DNA from: Eledone cirrhosa
Lineage: Eukaryota
NCBI GenBank assembly: GCA_964016885.1
Contig: OZ024740.1
Coordinates: 154,132,001 to 154,196,000 of the forward strand
Direction: 5' to 3'
Length of the DNA: 64,000 bases
The notes under the pieces were generated by a model. That model worked only from the letters and a program-made list of their open reading frames with translations. It was not told where the DNA came from and made no database searches. Below are positions 13,715 through 27,611 of this stretch, one piece after another (the stretch's first letter is position 1; each line of letters opens with the position of its first letter). A program made the position numbers and the translations under genes.

Positions 13715-14146
13715 GAAGCATCGGACAACATTTATGGCATAGAGTTATGGCCTTTTACGATCTGAGTTCAAATCCTGCCGAGGTGAACTTTGTCTTTCAT
13801 CCTTACGAGATCGATAAAATAAAGTACCAGTAATGCAATAGGGTCGATTTAACGACTTTCCCTTTCCCAAAAATGTTTGGCCTTGTACCTTAATCAGAAA
13901 GCAATATTAGAAAAATCATTATTTATTTTCTGACAGGGCGATGGATTGGCAGTATCGGTAGACCGTCAACACCATTGCTTTGCAGAATAAAGTTACGGCC
14001 CTTTACGTTCTGAGTTCAAATCCTGCCGAGGTTAGCTTTGCCTCTCATCCTTATGGGGTCGATAAAATCAAACACCAGTAATGCACTGAGGTCGATTTAA
14101 TAGACTCTCCCCTCCCCAAAAATTGCTGGCCTTGTGCCTATGTTAG
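13715..14146 (+). mobile_element. Two SINE copies (first 5'-truncated)
   Basis: Same family as 8797-9173; the second copy is flanked by AAATCATTATTTATTTTCT. Confidence 0.8.
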
Positions 14147-14484
14147 AAATCATTATTTATTTTCTAATTATTGTCCCCACCCCCAACTCATCTTATGATA
14201 TAATGTTATTAATAATTTGAAGAGTAAACAAATGAACTATTTTTTTTCTCGAATTTAGAGCAAGTCAGTTTCTCAGATCTTATTTTTAATTTGGGGAAAA
14301 AACTAATTACACAAATCTGTGTACCAACAAAGAATAATTATGATAGTAATATTAATATTAATTACATTAGTCATTTTCAACCTCACCTAAATATTTTATA
14401 TTAATTTTATAGTCTGCATGTTTAGTGCAACATGTAATTATTCTTGGGAATAGAAAATTCTTGTATCAAATAATTAAGAAATAC

Positions 14485-14536
<52 letters not shown>

Positions 14537-14544
14537 AATGTATA

Positions 14545-15149
14545 ATCAAGGTTTAGCAAATAACAGAAGTTTTAAAATAAATTTTAAAAAATTCACTGTA
14601 CTTACTATGGTTACCTTTACCGAAACGGTTTCAAGTCTCAAAAACAAATGGATAGTCCTTGTGGGCCTCCATTGAAAAGATAAACTCTTGTCAGAAGCTA
14701 CTTTTCACTCAGAGAATATAAAATTCCCGAGTTCAAATTACGAACTGGCGCTATTCAAAATTGTTCCCGAGATGAGAATGAATGATGTGGAATCAATTCT
14801 GTCCAGTGCCGTGTGCAAAGATAGAAGGCAGAGACAGGGAGGTCAATCTACTACCACTATAAATCGCAGCAGTCAGAACGACCAAACTTTATCTCGACCA
14901 GGGGGAGATTAATAATAATAAAGTATATATCCCTACACGCAAAAAACATATAGGGACACATGTATTATCCAACCATATGCCAATGTGTTTCTATGGTAGG
15001 TTAATAAATTAACGAGCCAGAACATATATAATCAAGGTTTAGCAAATAAGAAAATGTTTTAAAATAAATTTCAAAATATTCACTGTACTTACTATGCTTA
15101 CCTTTACCGAAACGGTTTCGAGTCTCAAAAATAAATGGATAGTCCTTGC
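14545..15149 (-). mobile_element. Non-coding hammerhead-bearing repeat (family H2), about 486-nt unit plus partial second unit
   Basis: 14545-14661 recurs at 15031-15149; - strand CTGACAA...GAAA-ccgtttcgg-TA-aaggt; homologous to 23738-24203; (TA)n flanks. Confidence 0.75.
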
Positions 15150-15159
15150 AGAAATGTAT

Positions 15160-15190
<31 letters not shown>

Positions 15191-15476
15191 ACGAAAGAAT
15201 TGACACCAAGAAATAATGTGTTTTTAAGTGGCTAAAATGACTCTTCCATGATGTAATTGCTTTAGTTGCAACATCTTCACATACTTTTTTAAAATACAAA
15301 TGTAGTTTTAAGAGATAGATTTATTCATTTTGTTCTCTATCCCCACTCAAAAAAATTCATTAGCCATCAAAACCTCTGAATTTATCACCTAAATTTACAA
15401 ATAATCCCTAATAATCCCATTGCAACTGATTTGAAACTTAGGTACTGGCCAGTTTTTAAGGGCTTTAGATGAAAAT

Positions 15477-16265
15477 TCAATATTGGATCAGACAAATTGC
15501 TGGTACCAACTCCCTTCTCCCTCTCCAGATATCCCTGTCCTCCATTGCTATTTTCAGGTCTTCGATTGTCAAACCAACATCATTAGTCAGTTGGTCGATA
15601 TAAGTCATCCGAACATGCCTGATGTGAGATTGTCCATGGGCTGGCACCCACAAAGGAAGACTGCTGACAAGCTTGTCTTTGGTTTGATAGCAGTGCCCAG
15701 CATATCTCATCCTTCTTACCCTAACTAAAGCTGATATAGGAAGGATCTGTCCATATAGCTCTTCTTTCAAGGAATGCTGCTTCCAGGACCTTTTCAGCAC
15801 TACACACAGCATTCAGGTGTATGTTCCATCAAGCTTGTTCTTTAATCTTTGTTTCATTGCCCATGTTAAGGAGCCATACAAAAAAGCCGACTCAACTACA
15901 TTTTGTTTGGTAGGGAGGACTTTAGATTGACCTGAGAATATCGAGAGCACTCCCATGCTTTAGTTTTCCGTACAGTTATGTCTTTCTCAGTGGATGAAAT
16001 ATCACTTCCAAGAGAGGTAAATCTTTCAATGTCTTTTAGAGGTTTTCCATTCGAGACTTTCACTTCACCATTCTCATCGAAGTTCATGACTTCTGTCTTC
16101 TTTGTGTTCACATACGATCCTATCATGGCAAAAGACTGCTCGAGCACATGCAGGAGTTTTTTGGCATCTGCAACTTTGTCTGCAAATAGAGGTATGTCAT
16201 GATTTTGAAGTTGCTCCAAGCGGTTGCGAAGAGTAATGCTGAATTGAGTGATAACTTCTTCCAAT
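15477..16265 (-). mobile_element. RTE-type LINE 3' fragment, decayed
   Basis: LFADKVADAKKLL...VNTKKTE, FTSLGS, VESAFLYGS, ELYG..., RRMRYAGH, AMEDRDIWR. Confidence 0.75.
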
Positions 16266-17017
16266 CATATGGTTGTTTATTTGGGTTCTTCTTTTTGTTT
16301 GCCCGGAAATTCAACTGGAACTTGCTGGATACAATATGATTGTTTGAGGATACACCTTCAAAGATATTGTATGCTTCGCATTTATGAATTTAATAGAGAG
16401 AATAAAAACATAAAAGATCCCTTTCTTTGTTTCTCTCTCTCTTTTTCTCCCTCAACCTAAACTATGTCCCATTGATATTTACTAACAATTCTTTCAACCT
16501 TAAAAAAAATGTTTTTCTTTCAAGATAAGAAGAAAAAACACATTTAAAAAAAAATTTGAGCGCCACACATTCTCTCACACACACACTCAAACGTTTCGAA
16601 GCCATATTTTCCACTAAAGTTGGTGTTTGCATTGGCATCTCCATGACCCGAGGTTCTTTCTGAGGTAATGTCAACCATTTTAGTTGCCACATGTGGCATG
16701 GCATACAGTGTATCTGTTCTAAGCTGGATACACACAGAAACATTTGAACATCATAAAATACCTTATCTAAAACACATCAACTCCTTTAATATTTTTTCCC
16801 CTTCTAAATAAATATTTTCAAAATTTAAACATTATAGATGTAATTAAACTTCTTATTTGAAATTTATAACATTCAAAAACAACTTTGCCTTAATTTTATT
16901 ATTTGAAAATTCTCACCTTCATTTTGTATTTGATAACTAAATAGCCTGATGCACGTGTTTGACAATATCAAAAGATTGAAACATACTGCAGCTTGTAACA
17001 AAATGATTTGATATAGT

Positions 17018-17075
17018 TGTGTGTGTGTATATGTATTTATATATGTGTGTGTCTGTATGTATGTATGTATGTATG

Positions 17076-17158
<83 letters not shown>

Positions 17159-17351
17159 TTATATATATGTGTGTGTGTGTTTATATATATATATGTGTGT
17201 GTTTATATATATATGTGTGTATATATGTATGTATGTTTATATATATGGGTATGTATGTATGTATGTATGTATATATATATGTATGTATATATGTATGTAT
17301 ATATATATGTATGTATATATGTATGTATATATATATGAATGTATATATATG
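17018..17351. repeat. (TA)/(TATG)/(TG) compound microsatellite
   Basis: Directly visible; abuts the 3' end of the R4/Dong element. Confidence 0.95.
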
Positions 17352-20058
17352 TTTTCTCTTTCTCTTAATTTCGAGTATATTTTTTTGACCGGCCACCTTC
17401 CTGGTGGCAAGGTTGTAAAAGAAAAGAAATTGTCATCCCTTGAATCGCAAGAATGTTTTGCAAATTTTGAAGGTGCCAGCTATCGCAGCCATTTGTAGAC
17501 TATGAATTAGGGAGCTGCGCTTTTTGTCCACAAACCCAAGTTCAGTCATACTTTGGTCCAAGCGGGTTGGTATATAACCCGTAGCACCAATAATGATGGG
17601 TATGAAGCTAAAGGTGTATCTTGGATACTGGATTTGTAAACTCCTCATCAATGGTCCGTAGATGTCCTCCTTCTCCTGTATTTTTCTGACAACGTTTACA
17701 TCAAGTGGGCAGCTGATCTCCACAACAGAACACGTTTTCAATGTGTGGTCCCAAACTACAATATCAGGCCGGTTGTGCTTTAATTTGGTGGCAGTTTTTA
17801 TTTTCAGGTTCCACCAGTATTCCTTAGTGCCATCTGTCTCAATATATTCTTCCTCGTTTGTTGTTAATTTTGTTTTCCGAAGTGCGTTCCAGATGGTTCT
17901 AGCTATCCCATCGTGTCTCATGGGGAGGTAGTAGCGAGATGACATTCTTTCGCAGCTGGCAACAATGTGGCTTACATCCTCGATCTTTGTTTTACATAGC
18001 CTACATTTATTGTCAGCTGCTGGCCCTCCTCTTTTGTGCAGCAGATAATTGGTAGGGAGTTCTTGTTCCTGTATTGCATAGAGATATCCCTCAAGGTGTG
18101 ATGTCATAAACTTGTCGGAACTCCATGCCAGGCTTTTTGAGTGGTTTATCCCCTCTATGGTCTGTGTTTTACGCCTCAAGTATCCATGCACAACTTTTTC
18201 TGTAAATTGGTCAATTTTTTTATCTTGTTTGAACATTGAATAGGATCTTCCGATTTCTCTGGGTGAGAGATTTATATCAGGCTTTATTCCATATCTCTCC
18301 TCCAGATCAGTCGCTATTCTAATGATATTTCTTTTTTCATGGTCATAAACCTGGGCAAGATGGTTGCCAACCTTTTTCCTCTGTTGAAGGTGTTGCTTCA
18401 GTGTCACTATCCGGGTCTCATATGTTGTTAATATTGATTTTAGACCCCGGCCACCTTCCTTGCGTGAGAAGTATAGCCTATCCACATCACCATTGATGTT
18501 AAAGTTCCCAGTAACACTGAGAAGTTTTCGAGTTCTAACATCCATCTCACTTAGTTCTTGCAATGACCAGTTCAGTAGGCCAAATGTTGGCGTTAGAATT
18601 GGCACAGCATAAGTATTGTGGGCAATGTATTTGTTGTATGCTGACAGTTCTGATGACCATATTTTCTTTACTCTTCTGAGGTATTCAGTTCTGGTTCTCT
18701 CCTTATTTATGGGTCCATCATATCTGACATTCTCATCCTGTCCAAGATATCTGTAGTTGTCACCTGACTGCAGAGGTTGTATTGTCAGGCCGTTCATCTC
18801 TAGATTTCTAGAGGAGGGCACAGCTCTTCCACGTTTTACTGCCAAATATGCACACTTGGACTCACCAAATTTCATTTTGATGTCGGTTGAAAATTGTGTA
18901 ATGAGGTCCAATTGTTTCTTGATGTCATTGATATTTGGCCCATACAACTTCAGGTCATCAACAAAGAAAAGATGGGAGATACTTCTGGTCCCACTTCTTT
19001 GTCCACCTTGTTTCCTGAGTAGGTAAGATAGTGGATTCAGTGAGAGAACGAAGAGTAGCACTGACAAGCTATCACCCTGAAAGATGCCCTTCTGGTAATG
19101 TATCTTATCAGTCTTAACCTGCTCCTTCTCACCTCTAAGGATCAAACTGGTGTACCAGTTCTTGGTCAGGCGTTCAACAGCAGCTACCAATGGTTGTGGG
19201 ACTTTAGCTAACTGTAAAACCTTAACAATCCACCCATGAGGTACACTATCAAATGCTTTTTGATAGTCCAGCCACACGACAGTCATGTTTCTGCGATTCT
19301 TTGTTGTTTTTTCCTGAATCATTTTGTTAGTTAGTAGGTGATCTATGCAACCCCACACCTCCCTCTTTCCACCAGCTTGCTCAGGTGTTATGATGTTGTT
19401 GGTAGCACAGTGATCCTGTAAGAACAGGTTAAGGCACCCAGTATATAATTTATACATGATGTTTTGGCAGGCAATTGGGCGGTAATTTTTAGCAAGGGTG
19501 GTTTGGCTATTTTTGGGAATGAGGAGAGTAGAGGCAGTTGATAACCATCTGGGCAGTTCTTGTGTGCCCTTAATGGTTTCTGTAAACAGCCGTATGAGAT
19601 CCTGCCGATAGAAAGTGAAATTCTTCAACCAGTATCCTGTAATGAGGTCTGGGCCTGGCGATTTCCTATTCGACATTTTCTGTAGAGCTATTTCCAGTAT
19701 TGACCCATCTATGTCATATTGTTTTGTCTGGACATGTTGGCAGTAGTCCTGTTCCAGTTCTTTTAGCCAATTAGCTTGTCTGTTGAATCCGTCATCCGTT
19801 TCCCATACAGATCTCCAGTAGCTCTCAACCTGTTCTTTTGAAGGGGTGTCATTTACAGAGATTGAGCTTTTGCCACCGAAGCTGCGATAAACTGATTTAG
19901 GATCTCTGGCAAACAATCTATTTAGTACTTGTCGTTTATGTGCTGTTGACTTATATTTTAGTCTTTCTGTTGTAGCTGTGAGTTGTTGTTTCAACTGGTG
20001 TAATTTGGAGTTCAAAGTTTTAAATTTTGTATCTCCAAATCTTCTCTCTAACTTTTTC
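17352..20058 (-). mobile_element. R4/Dong-clade RLE LINE, 5'-truncated, young
   Basis: Uninterrupted ORF, 3'UTR of about 80 nt with a GCCACC/GGTGGC hairpin, TACA/TATA repeats on both sides. Confidence 0.9.
17433..20015 (-). CDS. RT + CCHC + restriction-like endonuclease (R4/Dong ORF, N-terminally truncated)
   Basis: KSPGPD, NYRPIAC, WLDYQKAFDSVPH, GIFQGDSLS, FFVDDLKLY, YRYLG, CRLC..EDVSHIVASC, RHD, RPDIVVWD..VEISCP..KEDIY; the frame stays open upstream to about 20058. Confidence 0.9.
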   Translation of the reverse strand: MNSKLHQLKQQLTATTERLKYKSTAHKRQVLNRLFARDPKSVYRSFGGKSSISVNDTPSKEQVESYWRSVWETDDGFNRQANWLKELEQDYCQHVQTKQYDIDGSILEIALQKMSNRKSPGPDLITGYWLKNFTFYRQDLIRLFTETIKGTQELPRWLSTASTLLIPKNSQTTLAKNYRPIACQNIMYKLYTGCLNLFLQDHCATNNIITPEQAGGKREVWGCIDHLLTNKMIQEKTTKNRRNMTVVWLDYQKAFDSVPHGWIVKVLQLAKVPQPLVAAVERLTKNWYTSLILRGEKEQVKTDKIHYQKGIFQGDSLSVLLFVLSLNPLSYLLRKQGGQRSGTRSISHLFFVDDLKLYGPNINDIKKQLDLITQFSTDIKMKFGESKCAYLAVKRGRAVPSSRNLEMNGLTIQPLQSGDNYRYLGQDENVRYDGPINKERTRTEYLRRVKKIWSSELSAYNKYIAHNTYAVPILTPTFGLLNWSLQELSEMDVRTRKLLSVTGNFNINGDVDRLYFSRKEGGRGLKSILTTYETRIVTLKQHLQQRKKVGNHLAQVYDHEKRNIIRIATDLEERYGIKPDINLSPREIGRSYSMFKQDKKIDQFTEKVVHGYLRRKTQTIEGINHSKSLAWSSDKFMTSHLEGYLYAIQEQELPTNYLLHKRGGPAADNKCRLCKTKIEDVSHIVASCERMSSRYYLPMRHDGIARTIWNALRKTKLTTNEEEYIETDGTKEYWWNLKIKTATKLKHNRPDIVVWDHTLKTCSVVEISCPLDVNVVRKIQEKEDIYGPLMRSLQIQYPRYTFSFIPIIIGATGYIPTRLDQSMTELGFVDKKRSSLIHSLQMAAIAGTFKICKTFLRFKG

Positions 20059-21487
<1,429 letters not shown>

Positions 21488-21906
21488 ATAATAATAAATT
21501 TGAAGACTAAAATCCAAAGAGAGCTCGATAAGGATAAATATATATCAAATATATAAGAAACGTAGACCAAATATTTATTAAAATAACAGATTAAAGTTTA
21601 AGCAAAGAATCGCTGCTTTCACCCTTAACGGGGTCTTCTGAAACTAACAAAGTCAATCTGTGAACGCAGAAGTAATTATTTCAAAAAACGTTGCAACCGG
21701 AGGAAGACAGGAAGACGATACTTTGGTTCGTGGAAACGTTCCCTGGCAAAGAACGGGTAAAAAAGAATATAATACGTCATTAATAGGAGCGGTGAAAAAC
21801 ACGCAAAGACAAAACCACGATTATGGTATAAAAGCAGTCGTAGACTAATATTCTATTAGGTGGTTCATAGAGACGTTCTCTATATACGCATATATTAAGA
21901 ATAACA

Positions 21907-23260
21907 TCTGACAATTGTTTCACTGATTAAGTTGTCTAAAAATTGCTGAACACTTGAAGCAGTGCCACTCAATTTCAAATATAGTGTACCTTTGTACTAT
22001 AAATTCAGGCAGCTTAGCATGGCACTACATAGGTTCCACAGCGGGGGAGTTCAAGAAAAGGTGGTATGTCCATAGACACTCTACGAATAACAGGAAGCTC
22101 ATAAATACAACAACCCTCGCCAATAAAATCTGGCAAACCTGGAATACAAAATCAGCTGGACGAAGTTATCAATGGCAATAGCCTATAGAATTGGCATGTC
22201 CCACTGTGATCTTTGTAATATTGAGCTTTTCCAAATTTTAAAATACAACAATATGCTACTTAACAGTGAAATTAAAAGAACTATTTTCTGTAGGCATAAA
22301 ACGGCGACCAAATTGAGAACTTTAGACCAGCTTAATTCATCCAATCTATTCCATAACTCAAATTGTACCACTTAGATATATTATAATATCCTATTATAAT
22401 CCTTATTATTATAATTGTCATCATCTATCAATGAACCAACATCACAACCTCTTATATTTTACATTCATATTTTATATATCTCTATTTTTCACTTTCTATC
22501 TTTTTATTTCTCTCCCTAAATTTATTTCATCTCTGGCATTTTATCGTATTTTATCTTATATTATTTTCACTTCTAATATAACTTACAACTAATTAATCAA
22601 ATAATTAATTAATTATATAATTAATTTATTAAAATAACCAATACAAACATAAATATATTTAACATTATCATGTTTATACATTCGTATCTCTATATTTTAA
22701 CCAACAAAACTATAACCACTCTCAATAATTTTACTAAGTTTACTCTTCTTCGCACATTTTTTATTTATTTATTTTCATATTTTGTATTGTCTTATATCAT
22801 CCTCGATGTAACTTCTTTATTAACACTTATTTATTTATTTGCATTTATTCATGTATTAGCATTTATTCATTTATTCATTTATTCATTTATTGTTGATATC
22901 ATTATTTTCCATTTATTTTTATTTTTCTCTACCTTTATTTCTCCTTTATGCTTTTCTCTCCTCTTTCTATCCTCCCCTCTCTCTATCTTTTTTCTCTCTA
23001 TATCTTTCTCTGTTTTCCTTTCTTCTTTTTCTTTTTTCTTTTCTCTATCTCTCTTTCTATTTTCTCTCTCTATCTTTATTATTAATATTATTAATGATGC
23101 TGTAATTTGAATTTGTAAATTACCGTACATATAGCAGTTATCTTCGATGATCTGGTTAAGCTAACATCGTATTTGAAATTGAGTGGCACTGCTTCAAGTG
23201 TTCAGCAATTGTTAGACAACTTAATCAGTGAAACAATTTTCAGACTGTAAATAAATCCCT
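21907..23260 (+). mobile_element. Penelope-like element 3' fragment: GIY-YIG, 3'UTR, hammerhead, inverted terminal copy
   Basis: NIVYLCTI...HYIGSTAGEFKKRW..H, CDLCNIE, LLNSE..FCRH; 21907-21981 is the reverse complement of 23170-23244; hammerhead-like TCGATGA(23144)...GAAA-caattt-TC. Confidence 0.85.
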
Positions 23261-23512
23261 TTTTTGTACTGTTAACCATGTTATTCTTCACGTTTTCAAT
23301 TTTATTACTCCAAGATAAACTTACATAGAAATACAAGTGAAATCATAAACTCGCCACCTACGTAAACTTCTTGTTGAGTCAAACAACGCCGTACGCTAAA
23401 ACTATCCATAATAAGAAGTATTCACAACCTCTAACTGGATTACCTATAACGATATTTTGTTATCCCTTACACACACACACGCACACACACACACACACCC
23501 ACACACACACAT

Positions 23513-23552
<40 letters not shown>

Positions 23553-23672
23553 CACATAAGAAACGGAGAATCAGAGGTGCGACGAATAAGATTTATTAGA
23601 CATATTATATGTGATATTATACTCTGCTCTGTAAGAGCACCGAGTGCTCAAACGCTTTAAGCATCCCACACC

Positions 23673-23737
<65 letters not shown>

Positions 23738-23740
<3 letters not shown>

Positions 23741-24200
23741 AAGGTTTAGCAAATAATGAAAAAGTTTCAAAATAAATTTTAAAAAATTGACTTTACCTAC
23801 TATAGTTACCTTCACCGATCGGTTTCGAATCCCCAAAATAAGCGGAGACCATACGGCCTTCGTTGCAAAGAAAGATTCTCGTCAGAAGGTTCTTTTCATT
23901 CGAAGAATATAAAATTCTTGAATTTAAATTACGAACTAGCGCTATCCAAAACTGTTCCTGGGATGAGAGTGAATGAAGTGGAATCAATTTTTTCAAGGGC
24001 CGAAGTAAAGATAGAGGCAGAGGGAGGTAGGTCAAATCGGCCGCCACTATCACTAGCAGCAGTCGGAACGACCAAAGTTTTTCTCAACAATAGAGGAGAA
24101 TAGTAATAATAGGATATGTGTTCCTTCACGTACAAGGCGCTAAGGGACGCATGTATTGTCCAACCAAATGCCAATGTGGTTCAATGGCAGGTTAATAAAT

Positions 24201-24203
<3 letters not shown>
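23738..24203 (-). mobile_element. Family H2 monomer in (TA)n
   Basis: - strand acctt-CTGACGA-gaatc...gattc-GAAA-ccgatcgg-TG-aaggt at 23808-23890; (TA)n on both sides. Confidence 0.8.
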
Positions 24204-24253
<50 letters not shown>

Positions 24254-24280
24254 AGATCCGAAGGCATGGTATAAATTTCC

Positions 24281-24372
24281 AATCATTTTAATCCTGACAC
24301 ATGTTTCAATAAGAGATAGATCGATCGTGTAGCCATGATCGATTATCACTGATCTCGTCAGGTGAAAATGAA
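24281..24372 (-). ncRNA. Hammerhead-like motif (H4)
   Basis: - strand CTGACGA-gat...GAAA-catgtg-TC; stem I is imperfect (TCATTTT/AAAATGA). Confidence 0.55.
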
Positions 24373-25009
24373 TTGTCTTCAAATCCTTGATATGAGGGAG
24401 AAAATTAACGGTGTACACTCACAGAGTTTAGTCCCTCATAGGAACACCAAGCAGTCAAAACACGGCGACTGCTATCGTCTTCAGTTAGGGTCATAAAACT
24501 ATCAAGTCTCTATCTCCCAATAGCTGTAAAAGACGCTGGACATCAATCAAATCTGTAGAATTACAGTCGGTCACAGTTAATGTTAGTGGGTACACACACA
24601 CTCACACACACATGAAGCGAGGTCAAAGAAAAAAAGATATATACATATACCAACACAGCATCAAATCTGTAGAACCTATCGTAAAAGCCCAAGGGCCCAT
24701 ATGACGGGAAATCGCACATACTGACACCTTAACCCAAGTACCCAACCCTACACAGAGCCCCTTAGTGGCCTACATAGCGGTTGCTTGCACGCACAGATTT
24801 GGGGACTCAGATTCTCAATGGGACAACGGCACATACTGAGTTCGATATGAGCTGACTACTTGCTCTTCACATGGATGTGTATATACCATAACAAACACTA
24901 TTTGGAGATACGGATGTTACAATTCAATCTATACACGTATAGCAGAACATTGAACTGAACTTACTTGCATGTGTATAGGGTTGCGGTTGACCCAATTTTT
25001 CCAATTTAC

Positions 25010-26460
25010 ATCGTCAAATTTAGATTTGACAGTTGATCTATTTAAAATTTGATGGTATTTATGGTTTGGTGGGAAGTTTTTCTCTAGGATAGCAAAGCAT
25101 TTTTTAGGGATATTGTCTTTAATTTGTAGATTAAATGGAGCATTATACCAAGTAACCCATCTATTACGGTTTCGATAGTGTTTTTTTATATTTATACGAT
25201 GTATCAGTATGTTTACTAAGAGAGTTACTATTAGTGACTTTATTATATATAGGTTTAGTTAGATTAACTGATTTAGGTGTTTTAGTCTGATTACTAGGAA
25301 TTTTGTTAGTAATGTTGTTAACATATATTGGAGTATTAAGATGAATGGTTTTTTGAAAGTCATTATATTTTAAGTGAGAATAAGTAGAGAAATTAAGTTT
25401 TAGGTTGGTATTTTTAGGTGTAGTATGAGTGATATTTAGGTGTGGGTTTTTCATTTGGTGTTTGTTGGTAATATTGGGTTGTATGTTTGAAGTATTATTG
25501 GTGCAAGTATGTAGACTAATTTGTTTTTGTGGCCGCTTCTAGCTAAAGCTTCGTTATAAAGGGCGCGTTTTTATCGAATACATCCTGGTTAAATGAAAGG
25601 TTAGAGATTCTGAGTAAGATGTTATATGCTAGGTTTTAAAGGATAGATCTAGGGTGATTGGATTGTGAGTGTATGTAATGTAAGTTTTGGTTAGGTTTAT
25701 GTAAGGTTAGTAGATACCCGTAGATAGGTCTAAAGTTATATCTAGGAAATTGACTATTTTACTGGTGTTTTCAAATGTAATAGTGAGATTATAATAGTCT
25801 TTGAGGAAAGTTCTAATAAGTTTTTTATTTCTTTCAATTTCTGATAGGCTAAGATTAGTGGAAAGAAGAAGACAGTCATCACGATATAAACCACCTTTAA
25901 GGTGGGGAAAAGATGAATTAATGTTAAATAGAAGAAAGTGGCCCACAAGATCGGTCATTTGGGCGGAATCACTAGAGCCCATAGTTATGTCGAAGAGATT
26001 ACTATATTTATTTCTGGTCCAGTATTCCTTCGGAAACTCCAGTAGTGTTTTTCTAGCGTGCGTGATAATATTAATGTCATCCATAGTTAAGTCTGATCTA
26101 TTTTTGGCAAATATCAAGGCTTTGTTCAGGAGTATGGGTGATATAGAGGAATAATAAGCATCTATATCAAATTGTAGAAATGAAGCAGATGATTTGTATC
26201 TAATATTAGTAAACCAGTTAATTACTTGGGATGTATTTTCCCAGAGTGGTAAGTTAACGTGTTTTCTTAATTGTGGGATAATTCTATCTAAATTTTTTTA
26301 CTAATGATGCCAATGTCAGACTTGGAAGGGCATATAAGTCTTATAGAAGGATTAGAGTTAAAGTTAGATTTGTGATCTTTCAGGTTAAAGTGTGGTTTTT
26401 TCTTTCTATGATTTTTACCGAAAATCTTTGAATGCGTCTTCTCTTTTCATGATATTTGGA
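25010..26460 (-). mobile_element. Naiad-like PLE, decayed RT and linker
   Basis: LKDHK..F...PSIRLICPSKSDIG, FLQFDI..YYSSISP, FDITMGSSDSAQMTDLVG, GGLYRDD, VNFLDITL, WYNAPFN. Confidence 0.85.
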
Positions 26461-26512
26461 TTACATTGAGTTCTTCATACGGATTGGACACTACCGTATA
26501 TTTTGGTAGATT

Positions 26513-26597
<85 letters not shown>

Positions 26598-26634
26598 TAG
26601 TAGCAGAATAACCTCGATCATCGAAGACTGCTTT

Positions 26635-26710
<76 letters not shown>

Positions 26711-27054
26711 TAGTAGCAGACTAGCCTCGATTATAGAAGACTGCCACACGATGCACCCAATGATAGATAATTAATGAATTTCTCCTCAGAGCGAACATAA
26801 GAAGTTAGGTAATAGTGACACATTGAATAATGTGGCCAGGGCATCCCGGATTCCTTTCCATTAAAGTCGAGTTTGTGCCATTATAATCATTTTATTATCA
26901 ACACAACCATTAACCGAACAGCCAGCCAGCCAACCACTTAAAATGCCAACATATGCATCAGCTGTTTTATCACTGCATCATATTTATCAATTGACCTACT
27001 ATTGTTAACAAATGTATCACTAACCGATTTTAATTTAACACGTACATATATGTA

Positions 27055-27128
<74 letters not shown>

Positions 27129-27136
<8 letters not shown>

Positions 27137-27248
27137 AAGGCTTCTAGAGGACTAGAACTGTTTCATTCGGGAGAAATCATCAGGTCATCTGCTTTGTATT
27201 GAGTACCTTATTTATTGTGGTTACTCCCGATTGAGCCCAGGATAAAAT

Positions 27249-27250
<2 letters not shown>
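27129..27250. ncRNA. Family H1 copy: antisense hammerhead joined to sense 3' tail, in (TA)n
   Basis: - strand CTGATGA-tttctcccgaat-GAAA-cagttctagtcctc-TA-gaagc; tail GAGTACCTTA..GTGGTTAC is shared with 59304-59360 (reverse) and partly with 2930-2965. Confidence 0.7.
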
Positions 27251-27285
<35 letters not shown>

Positions 27286-27288
27286 ACA

Positions 27289-27392
<104 letters not shown>

Positions 27393-27543
27393 ACATATTT
27401 ATATGCACATGTATGTAAATATATATATATATATATATAACGAAGGAAATGTGGTAAGGAACCAGATGGACCATAACGCACCAGAGTACTCAATACTTGG
27501 GGTATTAGAGTGGGTAATAGGAAAAAGTATGACTCCGACGGCA

Positions 27544-27611
27544 GAGCTCAAGCCGTTTCAACGGCTATTTCTGGACTAGTCCAGAAATAGCCGTCGAGAC
27601 GGCTTGAGCTC
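27544..27611. repeat. 68-bp spacerless palindrome overlapping a hammerhead 3' half
   Basis: Arms of 34 bp with 2 mismatches; - strand GAAA-cggc..gccg-TC-ggagt. Confidence 0.85.

Noticed and set aside
16462-16780. Possible host exon on the - strand
   Set aside because: No recognisable protein motif, weak splice context and no partner exons.
21605-21650. - strand CAGAAGA-ccc..ggg-GAAA hammerhead-like motif
   Set aside because: U4 is altered and stems I and III do not pair convincingly.
26595-26745. Duplicated ACTAGTAGCAGA..CCTCGAT..GAAGACTGC after (TA)n, resembling a Helitron-like start
   Set aside because: The duplication is real but no 3' hairpin/CTRR end or other diagnostic feature was found.
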